Shown: positions 58,140 to 64,000 of the stretch, one piece after another
Numbering within the stretch: position 1 is the stretch's first letter
How the letters are laid out: the number at the start of each line of letters is the position of its first letter
IMG/VR virus record: IMGVR_UViG_3300017964_000010
Location: 10,180 to 74,179 of that record
From: a virus
Direction: 5' to 3' (one strand)
DNA length: 64,000 nucleotides
The notes under the pieces: generated by a model
The model's input: the letters and a program-made list of their open reading frames with translations, nothing else
What the model was told of the DNA's origin: nothing
Databases searched by the model: none
Program-made: the position numbers and the translations under genes

Positions 58140-59116
58140 TAAAATAAATCATCTGCAGATATGCCGCGACCTTTTGCATATTCAACAGGACGTTTTTGGA
58201 AAAAATCAGTCATATTTGTACCATATAATTCTTCATCAAACCAAAAAGTTTCATTAATATAATCTTGGTTATATATTATTTCACTATTATCAAATCCTAT
58301 CTGTTCTAAAGAATCTGCCATTCTTTTTGCAATGAAAGATTTAAGAATTGGTGCACTTAATCCCTTTACTTCATAATCTCCCATAATCCAATCAATTACT
58401 TTACTTTCTGCTTTTAATGCATCAATGCACTCCTCTTTTACTCTTGCTTCTAATTCTTCATCAAATAGTTCTGGATATTCTTCACGTAGAGTATTAATTA
58501 ATTTAATACCAACTTGAGCATGTAACATTTCTTCATTACGTGTATATTGTACTTGTTGTGCACAATCTTTCATTACTGCTTTATTTCTATTCATATGCAT
58601 AATTATATAAAATTGACTAAACAAACTTACATTTTCTACAAATAAAGTAAACAGCATAATTGAATAGATATATTGTTTTTTATCATCAACATAAACTTTA
58701 TTATTATATTTACGAAGATAATCAACACGTTTTTTAATAACTTCTACATTTAAATTTTCTTCAAATACGTGAGTTAAATGTAATACATCAAGAATCTTTT
58801 CATAAGCCATATTATGAATTACTTCAGAATTTGCCATAGCAAAACCTAAGTCTTTGATAGATGGATGTGGCAAATTATTACCAACTTCTGCCCAAAAAGA
58901 TTTAACTGCTATTTCAATTTGCCCAATAGCCGACATAGTTCTTACTACTATTTCTTGTTCTTGTGGAGTTAAATCTGTTTTAAATTGTGAATAATCAGAT
59001 CTAAAATTAAATTCTTCTGGGGTCCAAAATCCTTTCCAAATTGCTTCAATAAAATCTTTAGTCCAAGGATAAAGGTCTGGTTTTCTGGCTATTTGTTCTT
59101 GAAATAACATTGGCAT
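58139..59116 (-). CDS. nrdB: Class I ribonucleotide reductase beta (class Id-like ligands)
   Basis: FW.PEE, QIEIAVK (E68/K72), EVIH..AY (E98/H101/Y105), VENVSLFSQF, EEMLH, DFFQKRPVEY. Confidence 0.93.
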   Translation of the reverse strand: MPMLFQEQIARKPDLYPWTKDFIEAIWKGFWTPEEFNFRSDYSQFKTDLTPQEQEIVVRTMSAIGQIEIAVKSFWAEVGNNLPHPSIKDLGFAMANSEVIHNMAYEKILDVLHLTHVFEENLNVEVIKKRVDYLRKYNNKVYVDDKKQYIYSIMLFTLFVENVSLFSQFYIIMHMNRNKAVMKDCAQQVQYTRNEEMLHAQVGIKLINTLREEYPELFDEELEARVKEECIDALKAESKVIDWIMGDYEVKGLSAPILKSFIAKRMADSLEQIGFDNSEIIYNQDYINETFWFDEELYGTNMTDFFQKRPVEYAKGRGISADDLF

Positions 59117-59214
59117 CTTTCTTTTTATAGCACGAAAAATACTATACCATAACTAATTAAAATTATGGTATTGTAATAAAGTGCAGTTGTATGTATTGTT
59201 TAGTTGTTGGTACT

Positions 59215-59243
59215 ATTATATAGTATTACAAGGTTTTTGTAAA
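59215..59243 (-). promoter_or_regulatory. Sigma70/T4-early-like promoter for nrdB-nrdA
   Basis: TTTACA-17-TATAAT. Confidence 0.8.
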
Positions 59244-59297
59244 TATCTATATGAGCTATTTTTTTCAAAAAAATTACTAAATATTGTTATTTTTTTA

Positions 59298-59326
59298 TTT
59301 ACATCTATTAAAAAAAATATTATAAT
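59298..59326 (+). promoter_or_regulatory. Plus-strand sigma70-like promoter facing the 3' end of the LamG gene
   Basis: TTTACA-17-TATAAT with AT-rich upstream sequence. Confidence 0.55.
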
Positions 59327-59356
59327 AAAAGAGTACTTGGTTGAGAATAGGGAATA

Positions 59357-62011
59357 CTATCCTTTAAGTGGTTCTGTTGGTGGTGTAAAGTTTGCGGTGT
59401 ATCTTGCTAGACCACTGGTAAATCTAGCGTCTTGAATATATCCCTGATAAAACCCGTCTTGGGCCCCACTTGCTCCAGACTTACTTGAACCTATTTGGAG
59501 TGGGTCATTTGAAGAATAAGGAGCAGTTGAGCTGGCTTGAGTTTGTACCACTGTGCCATCTACAAATAACCTGTAGTTGCTACCATCCCAAGTTAATGCA
59601 ATATGGTGCCATGTATTTGTATTAATAGTGCCACCTGACAATGCAGAAATATTGTTTGTGGTTCCATCATAACTTGCATATAACATCAGAGATGTTCCGT
59701 CAATGCGAAGTATAAATGATTTCTGGCCATTACTGTTGTTCCATACACTAAAAACATCATCTGCGCTGGCACCCGTTCCTGCTGTGACTGGTTGGTAAAT
59801 CCAAGCTTCAGCAGTAAATGAATTACCAAAACTTACTACACTAGATGTTATATAATCGCCCGTCCCATCAAAATACATTGACTTAGTATCCGCAAACTTA
59901 ACCTGAGTTGTTGAACCAGTAGTATTACCAACCAGCTTTAGGTTAGCGTTTTGAGACTTATCTATGATGGAAGCATCTGTTCCGTTAAGAAGAAAATCAG
60001 TGTTTGTTATGGTAGATAGTGGTGCTGTTGGTGGAGTAAAATCTGTAGTATATACCCGCGATTTAGTAATACGAAGATCTTGTATATTGCCATTTGCGTA
60101 GCCACCATTTCCAGAAACAGTGCCGACCCATCTTCCAATATTTAAAGTAAAATTTGGATTAGAATTGCCGTAATTAAATGTAGTAGCATAGTAGAGACCG
60201 TTTATACCCCACCTAGTCTCAGTTTTTACTAATTTTCCGTTCACATACACTTTTAATTCTTGACCAGAAACATTAAGAGTTACAGCAACATGATTCCATG
60301 TGTTTGCTGTAACTACATTAGGATCCGTTGTAATTTTAAAAGACTGACCATCTACTCCATTTGCTATCTGATATATTATAGCACCATCACCGCTTAGAGA
60401 TGTTATGAATGTAACACCATAACCGTTGTTTACTGTGTTTGTATTAGTGGATATTATCTCCATACGAGATGCTGTGCTTGTAGGATAAAACCATGCTTCT
60501 ACTGTATAATCTGTAGAACCATCATTTAAAAATTTCCAATTAGCCTGACTTCCTGCCGTTAAATAATCTCCAGTTCCATCGAAATATACAGAACCTCCGT
60601 AATCTACTACTGAGTATTCTAAGTTGTCGTATGGGCTGAATGGTTTTGTTGAGGTGTTGCCGTTTATTGTGATCGTGTGACCGTTAGAGGAACCGTCTGC
60701 TATGTATGGAAGGTGGCAGGTAAGTAGAGAAGTAGAATATCCTGTTCCTGAGACATCAGTAAGGCGTTCGGTAGGTGGAGTGAATGCTGATGTGTAAAGA
60801 GCAGTACCATTAACTATCCGGCAATCAGATATATAACCGCCAAAGTAATTTGTTCCAGTACTTACCTGCGCACCAACCGTTAAAGATAACGTGCTATCAA
60901 AATTTGTTGTGCATGAAGCAGATGCTACTTGAGAACCATCGACATATAATTTTAAAGTACCACTCTCTCTAGTAGCAACTATATGGTGCCAAAAGCCTAC
61001 TTTAATAGTAGAAGAACTTGGATCTTGAGCAATAACACCGTCGGCCACAGTCCAGAAAGCTATAGAGTTGCCAGTATCTCTATAGTACAATTGGAAGCTT
61101 CCATTATTTCCAGAAGTATATCTTTCAAAAATTATTCTATTACCTGATGTACTATCCATACGAACCCAAGCTTCTAAAGTAAAGTCGCCTGTACCTAAAT
61201 CTAGCGAAGCATCGTCAGGAACACTTAAATAATCCCCAGACCCATCAAAGTAAGTGCTATATCCACCATGACGATAGGGACTAAACGTACCAGCATGAGC
61301 ATCACCGTTTACGGCAATAGCGTGGTTGTTAGTGGATGAGTCGGTAATGTCATTATTATCACCTGTATCAGTTGCTGTTGCTAGTAAAGTTGTATATTTG
61401 CTATTTTGTATTGTGGTGATAAAAATAAGAGTAAAGCTTGATACACTAGGAAGAATATTAATACCGTCTGATGCTCTAAATGTAATTGATCCAGTTAAAG
61501 TTACACCTTCTCCTACTTCGGTAACAGTTTTAGGTGTAATTGTAAAGACAGATGAGTCTTGACTGATAGTAGACATGCTATCCATTGAACCAGATGTAAC
61601 ATAAGAATATGATATGGGAAGACCTTCTGGATCTGAAGCGGCTAATGTGATAACGGTAGCATCCTGTGGACTGTCAGCATCTAATGCATAAGATGCAGCG
61701 GGTTGCCCTCCAGAGTCCCACGTAGGTGTGGTGTTAATCAAAGCAATCCTGTACCAGCCCGTTCCATTCCAGATGTAAAGATTACTTCCTACCAATCTTT
61801 GATCACCGACAGTATTACCTGATGCCGACAAGGAGTTTGTATCAGAAACTTGTTCAATTGTAGAAACATCATCACCCAAAGCTGCTGCTTCTATCTTACC
61901 GGTATTAGAAACCGATTGAGAAAAAGTTTCAATCTTAGGAGGTAATGATGTTTCTACTATATCACCTGAAGTATTAAGAAGTTTACCTAGCTGTTGCCCT
62001 CTTGATGGCAT
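59357..62011 (-). CDS. Virion protein with three LamG/concanavalin A-like domains
   Basis: Three YFDG.GDY...FT.EAW...W.H.A....G...YV.G...G.I.D.R...YT..FTPPT units. Late promoter upstream of the operon. Confidence 0.85.
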   Translation of the reverse strand: MPSRGQQLGKLLNTSGDIVETSLPPKIETFSQSVSNTGKIEAAALGDDVSTIEQVSDTNSLSASGNTVGDQRLVGSNLYIWNGTGWYRIALINTTPTWDSGGQPAASYALDADSPQDATVITLAASDPEGLPISYSYVTSGSMDSMSTISQDSSVFTITPKTVTEVGEGVTLTGSITFRASDGINILPSVSSFTLIFITTIQNSKYTTLLATATDTGDNNDITDSSTNNHAIAVNGDAHAGTFSPYRHGGYSTYFDGSGDYLSVPDDASLDLGTGDFTLEAWVRMDSTSGNRIIFERYTSGNNGSFQLYYRDTGNSIAFWTVADGVIAQDPSSSTIKVGFWHHIVATRESGTLKLYVDGSQVASASCTTNFDSTLSLTVGAQVSTGTNYFGGYISDCRIVNGTALYTSAFTPPTERLTDVSGTGYSTSLLTCHLPYIADGSSNGHTITINGNTSTKPFSPYDNLEYSVVDYGGSVYFDGTGDYLTAGSQANWKFLNDGSTDYTVEAWFYPTSTASRMEIISTNTNTVNNGYGVTFITSLSGDGAIIYQIANGVDGQSFKITTDPNVVTANTWNHVAVTLNVSGQELKVYVNGKLVKTETRWGINGLYYATTFNYGNSNPNFTLNIGRWVGTVSGNGGYANGNIQDLRITKSRVYTTDFTPPTAPLSTITNTDFLLNGTDASIIDKSQNANLKLVGNTTGSTTQVKFADTKSMYFDGTGDYITSSVVSFGNSFTAEAWIYQPVTAGTGASADDVFSVWNNSNGQKSFILRIDGTSLMLYASYDGTTNNISALSGGTINTNTWHHIALTWDGSNYRLFVDGTVVQTQASSTAPYSSNDPLQIGSSKSGASGAQDGFYQGYIQDARFTSGLARYTANFTPPTEPLKG

Positions 62012-62014
62012 ATT

Positions 62015-62365
62015 TTATTTTCCTTTTGTATAAGCCTGTGCTCCAAAGAATGCTGCAACCAAAGCAGAAATAGCTACAAAGTATGTAGGAGCAATATCGC
62101 TTAATAGATTGGCGGCTGTCTCCAATCCAAAGTATCCTGTTATAATAATACCTACTGGATATAAAAGCATTCCCCAAAGTGCAAACCAGGCCATCTTACG
62201 AATCTGGTCTTCCTTTGCATCTTCGTTTCTTCTCATTTCAATAGTATGTTCAAATTCTGCTATTTCTTTTGCTCTTGCCATTTCTTCATCTGTTATAATA
62301 CCGTCACCATCTACATCAAGTGCTGCATACTTGGAATCGGGTGTGAGTGTCTTTGCTGCTGCCAT
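62015..62365 (-). CDS. EF-hand-containing two-TM membrane protein (holin-like)
   Basis: DVDGDGIITDEE EF-hand loop and two hydrophobic helices ending AAFFG. Confidence 0.7.
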   Translation of the reverse strand: MAAAKTLTPDSKYAALDVDGDGIITDEEMARAKEIAEFEHTIEMRRNEDAKEDQIRKMAWFALWGMLLYPVGIIITGYFGLETAANLLSDIAPTYFVAISALVAAFFGAQAYTKGK

Positions 62366-62407
62366 GTTAAATCCTCTCTGTTAGCAGGACATAACAAAAA
62401 ACATTAT

Positions 62408-62614
62408 TTATTCTGTAGCGGCTTCTTCAGCTACTTTTTCATTTTCAGTAGTTTCTTTATTTTTTTCTATAAAAGTTTCGATAATATTATTAAGTTTATC
62501 GTGTACCACTCCAACAGCACTTAAATCTTGTGCTTTAAATACTCCTCCTCGAGTTGCTGCATCAATGATTGATCTCATTACAGCCAAATCTTGGATTGTA
62601 AGTTCATTATTCAT
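62408..62614 (-). CDS. Small hypothetical protein
   Basis: L...DL.....IID.A..GG.FKA.DL..VG motif, GGAG SD. Confidence 0.7.
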   Translation of the reverse strand: MNNELTIQDLAVMRSIIDAATRGGVFKAQDLSAVGVVHDKLNNIIETFIEKNKETTENEKVAEEAATE

Positions 62615-62644
62615 TTCATTCTCCGTTAGTAAAAATTGTAATAT

Positions 62645-62652
62645 TATTTATA
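62645..62652 (-). promoter_or_regulatory. T4-type late promoter TATAAATA
   Basis: Exact match, intergenic. Confidence 0.8.
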
Positions 62653-62665
62653 TAGTCTATCTATA

Positions 62666-64000
62666 TTAACCTTTAAGTGGTTTTGTTGGCGGTGTAAAGT
62701 CTGCGGTGTATCTTGCTAGGCCTTTGGTGAAGCGGAAGTCTTGAATGTAACCTTTAAATGCTCCACCTGTGCTATTTGAAATATTGCCCCCTATGTATCC
62801 CGTGCGAGAAGAAATACTACCAGAATAGGTTTGAGTGCCTATTCGTATTCCGTCTATATACATACTAACAGTGGAACCCGACCTTACAACGGCTACATGA
62901 TACCACTGACCTGTTGAACTTGTGCTGCTGGGAACAATAAAATTACTTCCAACTCTACAACTAAACTTATCTACATCGGTCGAAGTATCATAAGAAAGCA
63001 CTATCCTATTACCAACCGTAGCATCCCAAACAGAGGTAAAACAAATTGGAAATGATTGTATTTGGCTTTCGGGGTAAATAAACGCCTCAAATGTAAAATC
63101 TCCGCTCAGCGTAGGCACTGTGTATGCTATTTCATCTGCATTTCCATCAAAATACATTGACTTAGTATCCGCAAACTTAACCTGAGTCGTTGAACCAGTA
63201 GTGTTTCCGACAAGCTGTAGATTACTGGTTTGTGATTTATCAATAATAGAAGCGTCTGTTCCGCTAAGTAGTAAACCAGTACCACTAGTTGCTGTTAGCG
63301 GTACTGTTGGTGGTGTAAAGTTTGCGGTATATAAAGCAGTTCCCTTTACAGTTTTTAAATCGGATATATACCCTTGCCCATAATTTGGTGTTATTCTGTA
63401 TCCAACCGTAATAGTATGTTGTCCAAAGCCGTAACTGGTAAGAGCTGTATCGGTTGTGGAGGCTTCTTCTACGCCATTGACATATATTCTTACTGATGTT
63501 GAATCTCTAACTAAAACGACATGATTCCACTGATTTTTAGGAGCAACATTTGAACTTGTAACTATGGAGCCTCCTCCAGCATGTCTAGCAAAACTAACTG
63601 AACCGTTAGTGGCTTGAATGCCAAAGAATGCTCGGCTCGTATCTGTTGTTGTTAGAACAGGAGCGTTTTGCCAAATACTAAAGTAATCCGTTCCTGTATT
63701 ATAGACCCATGCTTCAATAGTAAAATCTCCAGTACCAAAATCTAATGCGGCATCATTGGTAATAGTTAATAAATCCCCAGTCCCATCAAAATAAACAGAC
63801 CCGCCGTGATCAGTAGCTGAGTATTCATTGTAATAATCGTAAGGGCCGAATGGTTTTGTTGAAGTATTACCGTTTACTGTGATTGCATGAGCGTTGGAAG
63901 AACCATCTTTAAAGTATGGAAGGTGGCAGGTAAGAAGTTTGGTGTTTGTTACGGCAGTCAGTGGTATAGTTGGGCCACCTGATGCTGGTGTTATCGCTGA
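62666..64000 (-). CDS. Second multi-LamG protein (5' end outside window), paralog of 59357..62011
   Basis: The frame stays open past the ORF-track start (63157) to the window edge: ...LLTCHLPYFKDGSSN...GGSVYFDGTGD...FTIEAWVY...YTANFTPPT...GTDASIIDKSQ...TQVKFADTKSMYFDG... Confidence 0.88.
   Translation of the reverse strand, partial: SAITPASGGPTIPLTAVTNTKLLTCHLPYFKDGSSNAHAITVNGNTSTKPFGPYDYYNEYSATDHGGSVYFDGTGDLLTITNDAALDFGTGDFTIEAWVYNTGTDYFSIWQNAPVLTTTDTSRAFFGIQATNGSVSFARHAGGGSIVTSSNVAPKNQWNHVVLVRDSTSVRIYVNGVEEASTTDTALTSYGFGQHTITVGYRITPNYGQGYISDLKTVKGTALYTANFTPPTVPLTATSGTGLLLSGTDASIIDKSQTSNLQLVGNTTGSTTQVKFADTKSMYFDGNADEIAYTVPTLSGDFTFEAFIYPESQIQSFPICFTSVWDATVGNRIVLSYDTSTDVDKFSCRVGSNFIVPSSTSSTGQWYHVAVVRSGSTVSMYIDGIRIGTQTYSGSISSRTGYIGGNISNSTGGAFKGYIQDFRFTKGLARYTADFTPPTKPLKG

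Noticed and set aside
56484-59116. Intron or intein in nrdA/nrdB
   Set aside because: Both frames are continuous and compact with all catalytic motifs present
59208-59228. NrdR box over the nrdB -10 element (tactattatatagta)
   Set aside because: Palindrome is one base longer than the NrdR consensus spacing and has no second box. May be chance in AT-rich DNA.
59357-64000. Diversity-generating retroelement (TR/VR pair) in the LamG repeats
   Set aside because: No reverse transcriptase in the window. Both copies are coding. The similar blocks are the constant parts, and the variable parts differ by indels and wholesale divergence rather than adenine-only changes.
1-64000. Bacteroidota host inferred from the DS motif and class Id-like RNR
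   Set aside because: Promoters are TTTACA/TATAAT-type and genes use AGGAG SD sequences, unlike Bacteroidota. Host remains undetermined.

Overview
This window is a 64-kb piece of an AT-rich T4-like myovirus genome. The gene set suggests a marine phage. TTTAC(A/T)-17-TAnnnT promoters and AGGAG-type ribosome-binding sites point to a proteobacterial-type host. Positions 1-37434 (minus strand) are a late tail/baseplate block: a >2700-aa fibre that runs off the left edge and is missing from the ORF track, several further fibre-like genes, a DUF4815/VrlC-like protein, gp8, gp7-like, gp6, gp25, a gp5 locus split around an amidase gene, a hub protein, gp53 and gp48. Positions 37496-42023 (plus) hold gp4, gp2, a tail-tube-like gene, gp26, a short gp51 and a tape-measure-like gene. 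Positions 42020-59116 (minus) are early/replication and accessory genes: gp32, gp33, exonuclease, MazG-like, GH19 lysin, glutaredoxin, PhoH, DenV-like, RNase H, other nucleases and nrdB-nrdA. Positions 59357-64000 hold two paralogous multi-LamG genes. The main leads are: (1) strong protein-level enrichment of Asp-Ser in outer virion proteins, a candidate modification sequon; (2) LamG paralogs with near-identical DNA linkers around divergent domain cores, suggesting cassette shuffling; (3) a U8 slippery site that would fuse gp26 to gp51 by -1 frameshift just before the tape measure gene; (4) a 192-nt structured RNA that sequesters a Shine-Dalgarno sequence; (5) an RNR with class Id (Mn/superoxide) signature residues; (6) several unusual promoter/terminator arrangements. 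All calls were made by eye from the sequence and remembered family motifs. No searches were run.
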